Assembly (NCBI GenBank): GCA_963575745.1
Contig: CAUYUJ010000229.1
Span: forward strand, 62,001 to 116,571
Length of the DNA stretch: 54,571 bases
Source: Prorocentrum cordatum
Taxonomy: Eukaryota
Direction: 5' to 3'
The notes beneath the pieces were generated by a model. The model saw nothing but the letters and a program-made list of their open reading frames with translations. It was not told the origin of the DNA and searched no databases. Position 1 is the stretch's first letter; each line of letters begins with the position of its first letter. The translations under genes and the position numbers were made by a program. Shown here piece after piece: positions 1 through 13,749 of this stretch.

Positions 1-60
1 TGATGCTTACAGAAACCGATTCAGAGTCATCAGTCGCGTTTTTCTGTTAAATCCACAGCT

Positions 61-590
61 CTGAACTCGGTCTGCTGCCCGCTCTAGAATCGCGAAACTA
101 TTCGTATTGTTCGAGTTATCTTGAGAGGTGCTGTCGGTTTTCTGTACTTAACTCGGGTTGTGGGGTGCTACAGTGCTGGTGGTCACAGGAATCGATTCGG
201 AGACATCGGGCGCGTCCACCTGTCGAATTCAGAGCTCTGAACTCGGTCTGCTGCCCGAGCTAGGTCCGCGAAATTATTCGTATTGTTCGAGTCATCCTGA
301 AATGCTGTCGGTTTTCTGCACTTGACTTGGGCTGTAGGGGGGCTGCAGGGCTGGTAATCACAGAAATCCATTCGGAGACATCAGACGCGTCCGCCTGTCG
401 CATTCAGAGGGCTGAACTTGGTCTGATACTCGAGCTAGGTTTGCCAAACTATTCGTATTGGTCGAGTCATCTTTAGGGTTGCTGTCGATTTACGCACGTA
501 ACTCGGGCTGTAGGAGAGCTACAGCGCTCGTACAGAAGAGAATCCAAAAGCATCGGGGGCGTTCGGCTGTTGCATCGAGAGGTTTGAAAT
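61..590 (+). repeat. Example of the ~176-bp tandem unit (CTGAACTCGGTCTGCTACTCGAGCTAGGTCCGCGAAACTATTCGTA...)
   Basis: The CTGAAC anchor recurs at 61, 237 and 412, and at 16205, 16382, 16558 and 16734 (spacing 175-177 bp). Confidence 0.9.
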
Positions 591-886
591 CGCTTGGGCT
601 GAAAAACTACTCGTTCTCTACAATTTTCTTTCGACATTATATATTGTCAGGAAGCTCTACGAGTCCCCCGGCGGTAAGAAAGGTTGACGGTTTACCGCCG
701 GCGCCCAGTAAACGCTACCAAGTATCTCGTAGAGCTCTTCGTTACGGTGAGCGAAGAGGATTCCGGCGCGGGGTGACCTCGTGGAGCTTTTCGGCATCGA
801 TGAGCTGGAGGAATCCCGGCGCGGGGTGGAGCTAGTGGTCGATCCGACCAGAAACAAAGTTACAACTTTGGATGGTTTTGCGAGCA

Positions 887-1250
887 TACCTCGTAGAGCT
901 CTTCGGCATCGATGAGCTAGAGGAATTCCGGCGCGGGGTGGAGCTAGTTGGCCGACCCGGCCAGAAAGGACAAAGTGGTAACTTTTGGGTGGTTTAGCGA
1001 AAAATTGAAGGATATTTGACAATTCATTTTGAGAAAACAGATTTCTCGCACCTGTAGTGGGTTTTGCCGCGTCCGCCAGTGCAATTTTCAGGTCCGTAGC
1101 TGCAGTATTACTATCAAAACACTTGGGGGAACCGACGTTGTATAAAAACAGAACGTGATTTTTCGAGTTTCTGAGGTCGAGCCGTGGGAGAAAAGAGCTC
1201 TACGAGAGCCCCGGCGGTAACCTGGTTGACGGTTTACCGCCGGTTCCCAG
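887..1250 (+). mobile_element. Short family-B Helitron-like element
   Basis: Starts TACCTCGTAGAGCTCT. Ends AGAGCTCTACGAG + hairpin + CCCAG, followed by host T. Confidence 0.7.
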
Positions 1251-1539
1251 TTCGAAAGATATGTTTGCCATTTATTTTGAGAAAGAAGATTTTTCGCACC
1301 TGTGAACGACTATGAGAGTCTCTGCGTCTTGATATCAGCTCTGTAGGCGTACGTTTACGATCAAAACACTTGGCGTACCAACTTCATCTCGACATGATAA
1401 TATGAGTTATTACCTCGAGAAGTTATCTCTTTCGACTCTGAGCACTCTGACGCGTGAAAGGAGCTCTACGAGGGTCCCGGCGGTGACCAGGTTGACTGTT
1501 CCCTGCCGACGCCAGTCGAACCGCCCAGAAAAGACAAAG

Positions 1540-2027
1540 TAACTCGTAGAGCTTTCCTTAGCAAGTTGTTGCTGAAGCTTACGAGTAATTCTGGGGCGCT
1601 GGAGAGTTAGTTGGCAAGAAAAATGTCGACGGACCTTTTGCTGACTTTTAGTCGGTTGAACATTCTGTTCGAAATTGAACCCTCTGTTCGAGCTCCAGTA
1701 TTTTCCCGTGATGTTCGATCGTATTCCCGCTCGCCCTTTGCTCAACTCGGTCTGATACTCGAGCTGGGTTTGCCAAACTGTTCGTTCTGTTGGAGTCATC
1801 TTGAGAGGTGCTGTCGATTTACGCACGTAACTCGGGCTGTAGGACAGCTACAGAGCTACAGAGACAATCCAGAAGCATCGGGGGCGTTCGGCTGTTGGAT
1901 CGATTTGAAATCGCTTGGGCTGAACAACTATCGTTCTCTGCAATTTTTCCCGATATTATATATTGTCAGGAAGCTCTACGAGTCTCCCCGCTGTGAGAAA
2001 GGTTGACGGTTTACCGCTGGCGCCCAG
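1540..2027 (+). mobile_element. Family-A Helitron-like element inserted at ACAAAG^TGGTAAC
   Basis: The flanks rejoin to ACAAAGTGGTAACTTTTGG, which is seen uninterrupted at ~970-988. Confidence 0.8.
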
Positions 2028-2502
2028 TGGTAACTTTTGGATGAGTTGAAAGATATGTGCCCATTTATTTAGAGAAAGCAGATTTTTACGCGTAACATTC
2101 GCATCTAAACTTTATTATCCAAGCAGCTCAGCTCTCTGGAGAGAGTTGTACTCCGAAAATGAGCGGGAACCGACATCGGAGTGACATCGAAAAATGAAAA
2201 GTTGATGTTTTTCGAGAAAGGCCGCGAGAAGCTGCCTGCTTCGATTCTGAGCACTCTCGTGCCAGGCGCCAGTTAGAAAGATTGGACCATTTATTTTGAG
2301 AGAGCGGATTTTTACGCGCATTTGTATCTAAACTTTATTCTCAAAGCAGCTCAGCTCTCTGGAGAGAGTTTTATTATCCGAAAATGAGCAGGAACCGACA
2401 TTGGAGTCACATCGAAGAATGGAAAGTTGATGTTTTTCGATACCGCGAGAAGCTGTTTCGATTCTGAGCACTTTCGTGCCTGCAAGGAGCTGTGCGAGGG
2501 TT

Positions 2503-3711
2503 CCGGCGGTGACCAGGTTGACGGTTTACCGCCGGGGGACTCGTAGAGCTTCCTGACAATATATAATGTCGAAAAAACTGCACAGAACGAATGATTTTTC
2601 AGCCCAAGCGATTTCACACCTCTCGATGCAACAGCCGAACGCCCCCGATGCTTCTGGATTGTCTTCTGTACGAGCTCTGTAGCTCTCCTACAGCCCGAGT
2701 TACGCGCGTAAATCGATAGCACCTCTCAAGATGACTCGAACAAAACAAACAGTTTGACAAACCCAGCTCGAGTATCAGACCGAGTTCAGCCTCTGAATGC
2801 GACAGGCGGACGCGTCTGATGTCTCCGAGTCGATTCCTGTGATTACCAGCCCTGCAGCCCACCTGCAGCCCGAGTTAAGTGCAGAAAACCAAGAGCACCT
2901 CTCAGGATGACTCGAACAATGCGAACAGTTTTGCGGACCTAGTTCGGGCAGCAGACCGAGTTCCGAGCTCTGGATTCGACAGGCGAATGCGCCTGATGTC
3001 TTCAAATCGATTTCTGTGATCATCTGCACTGTGGCCACCCTACCGCCCGAGTTGAGTGCAGAAAACCGACAGCACCTCTCAAGATGACTCGAACAATACG
3101 AATAGTTTCGCGATTCTAGATCGGGCAGCAGACCGAGTTCAGAGCTCTGGATTCAACAGACAAACGCGACTGATGATTCTGAATCCGTTTCTGTAAGTAT
3201 CAGCTCTGAAGCTGTCCTATAGCTCGAGTTTAGTTCAGAAAAACGAGAGCGCCTGTCAAGATGACTCGAATAATACGAATAGGTTTGCGGACCTAGCTCG
3301 GCTAGCAGACCGAGTTCAGACCTCTAGATGCAACAGACGAACGCGCCTGATCATTCTGAATCGATAAGGTGTGCTTACCAGCTCTGTAGCTGCCCTACAG
3401 CGCGAGTTAAGTCAAATATACCAAGAGCGTGTCCAGATGACTCGAAACGGCCGATCCCGCCCGTGTGCTTTTTGGCAGTAAAAGGTACCCGATCGAGCTG
3501 AGACCAAGATGGCGAGCGGGAATAAGATCGAATATCACGGGAAAAAATACTAGAGCTCAAACGAATTGAGGGATTTCGAGAACAAAATTTTCAACCGACC
3601 AAAAGTCAGCAAGAGGTCCGTCGAGATTTCTCTTGCCAACTAGCTCTCCAGGGCCCCGGAATTACTCTTAAGCTTCCAGCAATAACTTGCTAAGGGAAGC
3701 TCTACGAGTTA
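2503..3711 (-). mobile_element. Family-A Helitron-like element (minus strand), sharing its hairpin with an opposite-strand element
   Basis: 5' end at 3711 (GGAAGCTCTACGAGTTA on +). Subterminal IR ACTCGTAGAGCTTCC at 2539-2553. Inverted 176-bp units lie between. Confidence 0.75.
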
Positions 3712-4150
3712 CTAAGATTTGAAAGATATTTGACAATTCATTTCGAGAAAGCAAATTATTACGCCGAGCATTGGCATGTAAACTTCGTTCCCTCAGCAGC
3801 TCAGCTCTCTAGAGCGAGTTTTGCTACCAGTGCGATTCCCGGAGCCGACTTGATGTTGACTCCGAAAAATCTCAATTTGACGTTTCTCAAGAAAAGCTCC
3901 CAGAAGCCCTCCGCTTCGATCCTAAGCTTTCTTAGGGATGCAAGGAGCTCTACGAGGTCCCGGCGGTGACCAGGTTGACGGTTCACCGCCGGCGCCGGTG
4001 GGCAGACCCGACGTTAAGAGACAATGTGTTGACCTGGGGTGGGTTTTCCTAAGATTTGAAAGATATTTGACCATTCATTTTGAGACACCAGATTTTTCGC
4101 TCCTCTAGTGGGTTATGCCGCGTCTGCCAGTAAAATTATCAGGTCCGTAG

Positions 4151-4231
<81 letters not shown>

Positions 4232-7196
4232 TATATATATGTATATATCTAAACACTTGGAGCAATCGACGTTAGATAAAAACAGAAAACGCGATTTTTG
4301 TTTTTTTTCTTTTCTTATTCCAAAAGCTGTTCCGACGATCGCCGTGCAGGACAAGAGCTCTACGAGGTTCCCGGTTCCCATAATTCCGGGGCGCTGGAGA
4401 GCTAGTTGGGAAGAAAAATCTCGACGGACCTTTTGGTGACTTTTGGTCGGTTGAACATTTTGTTTTCGAAATTCCTCAATTCGTTTGAGCTCTTAGTATT
4501 TTTCCCCTTAATGTTCGATCTTATTACTGCTCGCCGTCTTAATCTCAGCTCGATCGGGTACCTTTTACTGCCAAAAAGCACTGCGACGGGTTCGGCCGTT
4601 TCGGGTCATCTTGATACGCGGTGACGGTTTTTTGTACATAACTCGATCTGTAGGAGAGCTACAGAGCTGACGCTTACAGGAACCGATTCAAAATCATTGG
4701 GCGCGTTCGTCTGTTGCATCCAGAGGTCTGAACTCGGTCTGCTGCCCGAGCTTGGTTCGCGAAGCTGTTCGTATTGTTCGAGTCATCTTGAGAGGTGCTG
4801 TCGGTTTTCTGTACTTAACTCGGGCTGTAGGGTGTCTGCAGGGCTGATAATTGCAGGAACCAATTCAGAGACATTAGGCGAGGTCTGAAATCGGTCTGCT
4901 ACTCGAGCTAGGTCCGCAAACGTATTCGTATCGCTCGGGTCATCTGGACAGGAACTGTCGTTTTCCTGTACTTAACTTGAGCTATAGGGAAGCTACAGAT
5001 CTGATACGCACAGAAACGGATGCAGAATGATCAGGCGCGTCGTCTGTTGCATCTAGAGGCCTGAACTCGGTCTGCTAGTCGAGCTATGTCCGCGAAGCTG
5101 TTTGTATCGTTCGAGTCATCTTGAGAGGTGCTCCGTTTTCGCACGTAATTCGGGCTGTAGGAGAGCTACAGAGCTCGTACGCAGAGAAACTGATTCGGAA
5201 TCATCAGGCCCGTTTGTGTGTTGCATCTAGAGGTCTGAACTGGGGCTGCTACTCGGGCTGATTGGGTCGGTTTTGCTAAGATTTGAAAGATGTTTGACAA
5301 TTCATTTTCAGAAACCACATTTTCCGCACCTGTAGACGACTGTGAGGGCTTCTGCGTCTTATTATGAGCTCCGTAGGCGCACTTTTACTATCAAAACACT
5401 TGGGGGAACGAACTTTATCTCGACATGAAAAAAATGAATGTTGAATTTTGTGAGAAATGCCTCCAGAAGCTCTCTCCTTCGACTCTGAGCACTCTCACGC
5501 GTGGAAGGAGCTCTACGAGGATCCCGGCGGTGACCAGGTTGACGGTTCACCGCCGGTGCCAGTTGGACGCTACCAAGTACCTCGTAGAGTCTGATGGACA
5601 GAGCTAGAGGAATACCTCGTTGAGCTCTTCGGCATCGATGAGCTAGAGGAATTCCGGGGCGGGGTGCAGCAAGTTGGCCCAGCCCGGGCGGACAATGTGT
5701 CAACCTAGAGTAACCAGGTTGACGGTTCACCGCCGGCGCCAGTCCCGGATTACAGCTCTACGAGGTTCCCGGCGGTGACTAGGTTGACGGTTCACCGCCG
5801 GCACCAGTTCCGGGGCGCTGGAGAGCTAGTTGGCCAGAAAAATCTCGACGGACCTTTTGCTGAGTTTTGGTCGGTTGAAAACTTTGTTCTCGAAATTCAA
5901 CCTTCGTTTGAGCCCAAGATTTTTTCCCGTGATCTTCCATTATTCCCGCTCGCCATCTTAATCTGAGGTCGATCGGGTAGATTTTACTGCCAAAAAGTAC
6001 TGCGGCGGGATCGGCCGTTTGTTCATCTTGACGCGGTGGCAGTTTTCTGAACATAACTCGAGCTATAGGGAGCTACAGAACAGAAGCCGATTTAGAATCA
6101 TCAGGCGCGTTTGTCTGTTGCATCCAGAGTCTGAAATCGGTATGCTGCTCGAGCTAGCTCCGCGAAACTATTCGTATTGTTCGAGTCATCTTGAGAGGTG
6201 TTGTCGGTTTTCTGTATTCAACTCGGGCTGTAGGGGGGCTGCAGGGCTGGTAATCACAGAAAACGATTCGGAGACATCAGGCGCGTTCGCCTGTCGCACG
6301 CAGAGGTTTGAAATCGGTCTGCTACTCGGTATCCCTCGAGTCATCTCGACAGGGACTGTCCGTTTTCTGTACTTAACTCGAGCTTCAGGGGAGCTACATA
6401 GCTGACACACACACAAAAAACGATGTAGAATACTCAGGCGCGTTCGTCGGTTGCATCCAGAGGTCTGAAATCGGTCTGCTACTCGAGCTAGGTCAGCGAA
6501 ACTATTCGTATCGTTCGAGTCATCTTGAGAGGTGCTGTCGGTTTTCGCACGTAACTCGGGCTGTAGGACAGCTACAGAGCTGATACGCGCAGAAAATAAT
6601 TCGAAATTATCATGCGCGTTCGTCTGTTGCATCTGCAGGTCCGAACTGGGTTTGCTACTCGGGCTAGGTCCGCAAAACTATTCGTATTCTTCGAGTCATG
6701 ACAGATGTTGTTCATTTTCTGTATTGAACTCGGACTGTAGGAGAGCTACAGAGCTGGTGCGCACAAAACCCGATCCATAAGCATCATGAGCGTTCGTTTG
6801 TTGCATCGAGAGGTCTGAACTCGGTCTGCTACCCGAGCTAGGTTCGCAAAATTATCATATTCGACCGATATTTTTTTCGAATTGATGTTTAATTTCTTAG
6901 CTGAACTCGAGCGGCCGAACAATCAGAAGGAAATCGTGAGGCGTGAAGTTCTCCCTAATGGTATTTCCTACACGCTGCAGGTGAGCTATAGAACTGTTCA
7001 GCACAGCAATGGGATATCACTAGACGCCTGAGATCAGTCTGCTATCAGCGCTCGGGCTGAAAAACTATTCGTTCTCTGCTAATTCTTTGGACATAATATA
7101 TGGTCAGGAAGCTCTACGAGTCCCCCAACGGTAAAAAAGGTTGACGGTTTACCGCCGGCGCCCAGTTTTGAGAACCGGTATTTTTCCCACGTGTAG

Positions 7197-8651
7197 TAAC
7201 TGGTAGAGCTTCCCTTAGCTAGTTGCTGGAAGCTTAAGGGTCATTCCAGGGCGCTGGAGAGCTAGTGGGCAAGAAAAATCTGGGCGGAACTTTTGCTGAT
7301 TTTTGGTCGGTTGAAAATTTTGTTCTCGAAATTCAACCATTCGTTAGAGTTCTAGTATTTTTTCCCGTCGTATTCGATCTTATTCCCGCTCGCCATCTCG
7401 ATCTCAGCTCGGGGTACCTTTTACTGTCAAAAAGCGCACGGGCGGGATCGGCCGTTTGGGGTCATCTTGACACGCGTCGTTGGTTTTCTGTAATTAACTC
7501 GAGCTATATAGGACAGCTACAGAGCTGATATTAACAGAAACCCTCTCAAAATCTTCAGGCGCGTTTGTCTGTTGCATCCAGAGGTCTGAACTCGGTCTGC
7601 TGCTCGAGCTAGGTCCGCGAAGCTGTTCGTATTGTTCGAGTCATCTTGAGAGGTGCTGTCGGTTTTCTGTACTTAACTCGTTCTGTAGGGTGCTACAGGG
7701 CTCGTAATTACAGAAACCGATTCAGAGACATCAGGCGCGTCCGCCTGTCGCAGGAAGAGTCTGAACTCGGTCTTCTACTCGAGCAGGTTCGCGATACTAT
7801 TCCTATCGCTGGAGTCATCTTGACAGGGACTGTCGGTTTTCTGTACTTAACTCGAGATCTAGGGGAGCTACAGAGCTGATGCTCACAAAAACCGATGAAT
7901 AATAATCAGGCGCGTTCGTCTGTTCTATCCAGAGGTCTGAATTCGGTCTGCTACTCGAGCTAGGTCTGCGAAGCTATCCGTATCGTTCGGGTTATCTTGA
8001 GAGGTGCTGTCGGTTTTCGTGCGTAACTCGGGCTGTGAGAGAGCTACAGAGCTGATGCGCACAGAATCTGGTTTGAAATTACCAAGCTGGTTCGTCCGTT
8101 GCATCCAGAACTGGGTTAACTACCAGGTCCGCGAAACTATTCGTATTGTTCGAGTCATCTTCGCAGGTGTTGTCCATTTTCTGTATTGAACTCGGGCTGC
8201 AGGATAGCTACAGAGCTGATACGCTCAGAATCCGATCCATCAGCATCAGGTGCGTTCGTCTGTTGCATCGAGAGGTCTGAACTCGGTCTGCTACCCGAGC
8301 TAGGTTCGCCAAACCATTCGTATTCGACCGATATTTTTTCCAAATTATGGTGATTTTTTCACTGAACTCGAGCTGCAGAGCAGCTCGAGAGCTCTTCGGC
8401 AGAAAAATTAAAAGGAGATCATGAGGCGCGAAGCATCTAGACACTTGGTTTGGTTGTTGTGAGCGCAGACGCCAAACGCGGATTCGTACTCTGCTACTTT
8501 CTCCCTAATGGTACTGTTTTTCTCGGTTCTACACGCTGCAGAACTGAAGAAACTATTCGTTCTGCTAATTCTTTGCACATTATATATGGTCAGGAAGCTC
8601 TACGAGTCCCCCGTCGGTAAGAAAGGTTGACGGGTTACCGCCGGCGACCAG
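7197..8651 (+). mobile_element. Family-A Helitron-like element inserted at TGTAG^TGGGTT
   Basis: The flanks rejoin to TGTAGTGGGTT(A/T)TGCCGCGTC, which is seen intact at ~1053-1073. Confidence 0.8.
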
Positions 8652-9418
8652 TGGGTTATGCCGCGTCTGCCAGTAAAATTCTCAGGTCCGTAGATGGAAT
8701 ATTACGATCAAAACACTTGAGGGAACCGACTGTGTTCCGAGTTTTTCTGACACGCGTTGACGGTTCCGGTACTTATAACTCGAGATTTTGGATAGCTACA
8801 GAGCTCATACTTAGAAACCTGTTGGGAATCATCAGGCGCGTTCGTGTGTTGCATCCAGAGGTCTGAACTCGGTCTTATAATCGAGCTAGGTCCGCAAAAC
8901 TATTTGTATCCTTCGAGTCATTTGACAAGTCCTCTCGGTTTCCTGTATTTAACTGAAGATTTAGAAGAGCTACAGAGCTGGTACGCGTATAAACCGATCC
9001 AGTATCACCCGGCGCGTTCTTTTCTCGCATCGAGAGGTCTCAACTCGGTCTGGTACTCGAGCTAGTTCCACGAAACGAAGATTCTTCATGCTTGAGAAAG
9101 CTTTTTCGTGTGCTCTGAGCAGCGCCGCGCGATAAGAAAGCTCTACGAGGCTCCCGGCGGTTACCTAGTTGACGGTTTACCGCCGGATCCCAGTTTGGGG
9201 AGTTTTCGCGCTGAGTTCCGAGCAGATTCCCTTCGTGCCGTTCTCGCCGTGGTGGTGCCGTAGTGGCCATTGTGAAGCCGTTGTCGCCGTGATGTGCTAT
9301 GATGGGAGCTGGCGGTGAGCCGCCAACCAGGTTACCGCCGGGAGCCTCGTAGAGCTCTTTTCTTGCGCGGCGCTGCTCGGAACACACGGGAAAAGCTTTT
9401 TCAAGCGTGGAGAAAAAC

Positions 9419-9508
<90 letters not shown>

Positions 9509-10870
9509 CTCTCCTTCCAACGTTGTTTTCCGTGATAGTAACATTGCATCTGCGGACCTGAGAATTGGACCGGCAGACACGCGTGATATTTTTTTGTTCT
9601 TCTGATTTCTGTGCGGGAGAGCTCTCAAGCTCATCTGCGGCTCGAGTTAAGTGAAGAATTTCACCATCAGTTCGAAAAAAATCGGTCCCATGCGAATAGT
9701 TTCGCGGACCTAGCTCGAGTAGCAGATCTGGTGGGAGCTCTAGATGCTTCAGCCGAACGCCCCTGAAGATTCCGAATCGGTTTCTGTACGTATCAGCTGG
9801 CTAGCTCACCTACAGCTCGAGTGAAGTACATAATACCAACAGCGCGGGTAAAGAGAGCTTCAGAAATACGAATAGTGTCGCCTAGCTCGAGTAGCAGACC
9901 GAGTTCAGACCTCTCGATGCAACAGACAAACGCGTCTGCTCATACTAAATCAATGTATGTACGTACCAGCTCTGCCTCTAAATCTTGAGTTAAGTATAGA
10001 AAACCGACAGCACTTCTTAAAATGACTCGAAGAATACGAATAGTTTTTTTTTCCGACCTGGCTCGAGTAGCAGACCAAGTTCAGACCTCTGGATGGAATA
10101 GACGAACGCGCCTGATGATTCTGAATCGGTTTCTGTAAATTCTAACTCTGTAGCTTTCCTAAATCTCGAGGTAAGTACAGAAAACCGTCAACGCGTGTCA
10201 AGATGACTCGAAACACAGTCTGTTCCCTCAAGTTTTTGATAGTAATACTGCAGCTATGGACCTGAGAATTTGACTGGCAGACGCGGCAAAACCCACTACA
10301 GGTGGGAAAAATACTTGTTCTTAAAGGAAGTTTCAAATTTTACACAAAGATGGAAAAACCGACCCCAAGTCGTCACATTGTCTATGAAGGTCGGGTCGGC
10401 CAACTAGCTCCACCCTGCGCCCGAACTGGGATCCGGCGGTAAACCGTCAACCAGATAACCGCGGGAGCCTCGTAGAGCTCTTTTCTCGCGCGGCGCTGCT
10501 CGGAACACACGGGAACAGCTTTCTCAATCGTGAAGAAGAAAGCTCGAAAAATATGTTTTTCCGTTTTCAGCCAACGTCGGTAGCCGTGATAGTAACATTG
10601 CATCTGCGGACCTGAGAATTGGACTGGCAGACACACGTGAGAATATATTTTTTCTTTTGATTTTTGTGCGGGAGAGCTCTCAAGCCCATCTGCAGCTCGA
10701 GTTAAGTGACAAATTTCACCATCAGTTCGGAGAAATTTGGTCGCATACGAACTAGGAGCCGGCGGTAAACCGTCAACCAGGTTACCGCCGGGAGCCTCGT
10801 AGAGCTCTTTTCTCGCGCGGCGCTGCTCGGAACACACGGGGAAAGCTTTCTCAAGCGTGCAGAAAAAACC

Positions 10871-10925
<55 letters not shown>

Positions 10926-13749
10926 TCCAACGTCGGCTTCCGTGAAAATAACATTGCATCTGCGGACCTGAGAATTGGATTGTCAGACGCACGTGAGACA
11001 TATATTTTTCTTCTGATTTCTGTGCGGGAGAGCTCTGAAGCTCATCTGCGGCTCGAGTTAAGTGGAGAATGTCACCATCAGTTCGAGAAAAATCGGTCGC
11101 ATACGAATAGTTTTGCGGACCTAGCTCGAGTAGCAGATCTGGTGAGAGCTCTAGATGCTTCAGCCGAACGCCCATGATGATTCCGAATCGGTTTCTGTAC
11201 GTATCAGCTCGCTAGCTCATCTACAGCTCGAGGTAAGTACATAATACCAACAGCGCCTATAAAGAGAACTTGAGAAATATGAATAGTGTCGCCAAGATCG
11301 AGTAGCGGACTGAATTCAGACCTCTCGATGCAACAGACAAGCGCGCCTGGTCATACTGAATCAGTGTATGTACGTACCAGCTCTGTAGCTCCTTTGTATC
11401 TTGAGTTAAGTATAGAAAACCGACAGCACTTCTTAAACTGACTCGAAGAATACGAATAGTTTTGCCGACCTAGCTCGAGTAGCAGACCAAGTTCAGACCT
11501 CTGGATGGAATAGACGAACGCCTCTGATGATTCTGAATTGGTTTCTGTAAGTACCAACTCTGTAGCTTTTCTAAATCTCGAGTTAAGTACCGAAAACCGT
11601 CAATGCGTGTCAAGATGACTCGGCACACAGTCGGTTCCTGCAAGTCTTTTGATAGTAATATTGCAGCTACGGACCTGAGGATTGAACTGGCAGACGCGGC
11701 ATAACCCACTACACGTGAGAAAAATACCGTTTCTCCAAACGAACTTTCCAATTTTACACAAGGTCGGGTCGGCCAACTAGCTCCACCCTGCGCCCGAATT
11801 CCTCTTAGCTCATCTTGCCGAAGAGCTCTACGAGGTATAGTTTGGCGGACCTAGCTCGAGTAGCAGACTCTGTTCAGAGCTCTAGATGCTTCAGCCGAAC
11901 GCCTCTGATGACTTGAAACCGGCGGTAAACCGTCAACCAGGTTACCGCCGGTGACCTCGTAGAGCTCTTTTCTTGCCCAGCGCTCCTCAAAACACGTGAA
12001 GGAAGCGTAAGCGAGAGCCGAACAACTCGAAACAATCGGCCGCATACAAATAGTTTTGCGGACCTAGCTCGAGTAGCAGACTCTATTCAGAGCTCCAGAT
12101 GCTTCAGCCGAACGCCTTTGATGATTCTGTATCGTTTTCTGTGCGTACCAGCTCTGTAGCTGCGCTAAAGCTAGAGTTAAGTGCAGAATACCGACAGCAC
12201 CTCTCAAGATAAATTCAGAAATGCAAATAGTGTTGTGGACCTACCTCGAGTAGCAGAACGAGTTCTGGCCTCTCGATGCTACAGACGCACGCGCCTGGTG
12301 ATACTGAATCGGTTTATGTGCGTACCAGCTCTGTAGCTCCTCTGAATCTTGACTTTAATACAGAAAACCGACATCACTGGTCAAAATGACTCGAAGAATA
12401 CAAAAAGTTTTACGGACCTAGCTCGAGTAGCAGACCGATGTCAGACCTCTAGATGCAACAGAAGAACACGCCTCATGATTCTCGATTTTTTTCTGTACGT
12501 ATGAGCTCTGTAGCTCTTCTAAATCTCGAGTTAAGTACCGAAAACCGTCAATGCGTGTCAAGATGACTGGAGAACACAGTCGGTTCCTGCAAGTGTTTTG
12601 ATAGTAATATTGCAGCTACGGACCTGAGAATTTAACTAGCAGACACGGCCTAAACCACTACACGTGAGAAAAAATACCAGTTCTTAAAACGAACTTTCAC
12701 AATTTTCACAAATATTTAAAACAACCGACCCCAAGTCATCACATTGTCTCTTAAGGTCCGGTCGGCCAACTAGCTCCACCCTGCGCCCGAATTCCTCTTA
12801 GCTCATCTTGCCGAAGAGCTCTACGAGGTATTCTGAATCGTTTTCTGTCAAGTTTTCTGTGCGTACCAGCTCGCTAGCTCATCTACAGCTCGAGTTAAGT
12901 ACATAATACCAAGAGCGCATGTAAAGATAACTTGAGAAATGCGAATAGTGTCGCCTAGCTCGAGTAGCAGACCGAGTTCAGACCTCTCGATGCAACAGAC
13001 AAGCGCGCCTGGTAATACAGAATCATTGTATGTGCGTAGCAGCTCTGTAGCTCCTCTAAATCGTGAGTTAAGTACAGAAAACCGACAGCACTTGTCGAAA
13101 TCATTCGAAGAATGCGAATCGTTTTGGGGATCTAGTTCGAGTAGCAGACCGAGTTCAGACCTCTGGATGCAACATACGAGCGTGCCTGATCAATATGAAT
13201 CGGTTTCTGTAAGTATCAGCTCTGTAGCTCTCCTAAATCTCGAGTTAAGTACCGAAAACCGTGAACGCGTGTCAGGATGACTCGGAACAGAGTCGGTTCC
13301 CTCAAGTGTTTTGATAGCAATATTGCATCTACGGACCTGAGAGTTTTACTGGCAGACGCGACATAACCCACTGCAGGTGGGACAAATACATGTTCTGAAA
13401 ACGAACTTTCAAATCTTACACAAAGATAGAAAAAACGACCCCAAGTCGTCACATTGTCTCTTAAGGTCGGGTCGGCCAACTAGCTCCACCCTGCGCCCGG
13501 AGTCCTCTTAGCTCATCTTGCCGAGGAGCTCTACGAGGTATTCCTCTTAGCTCATCTTGCCGAGGAGCTCACCGAGGTATGGCGGCGGCTGCCGTGGTGG
13601 CCGTGATAGTAGCGTGATGACCGTGGTCGTGCAGTGTGCCGTCGTGACACTGGTGCCGTGGTGGCCGTAACTCGTAGAGCTTCCCTTAGCTAGTTGCTGG
13701 AAGCTCAAGAGTAATTCCGGGGCGCTGGAGAGCTAGTTGGCAAGAACAA

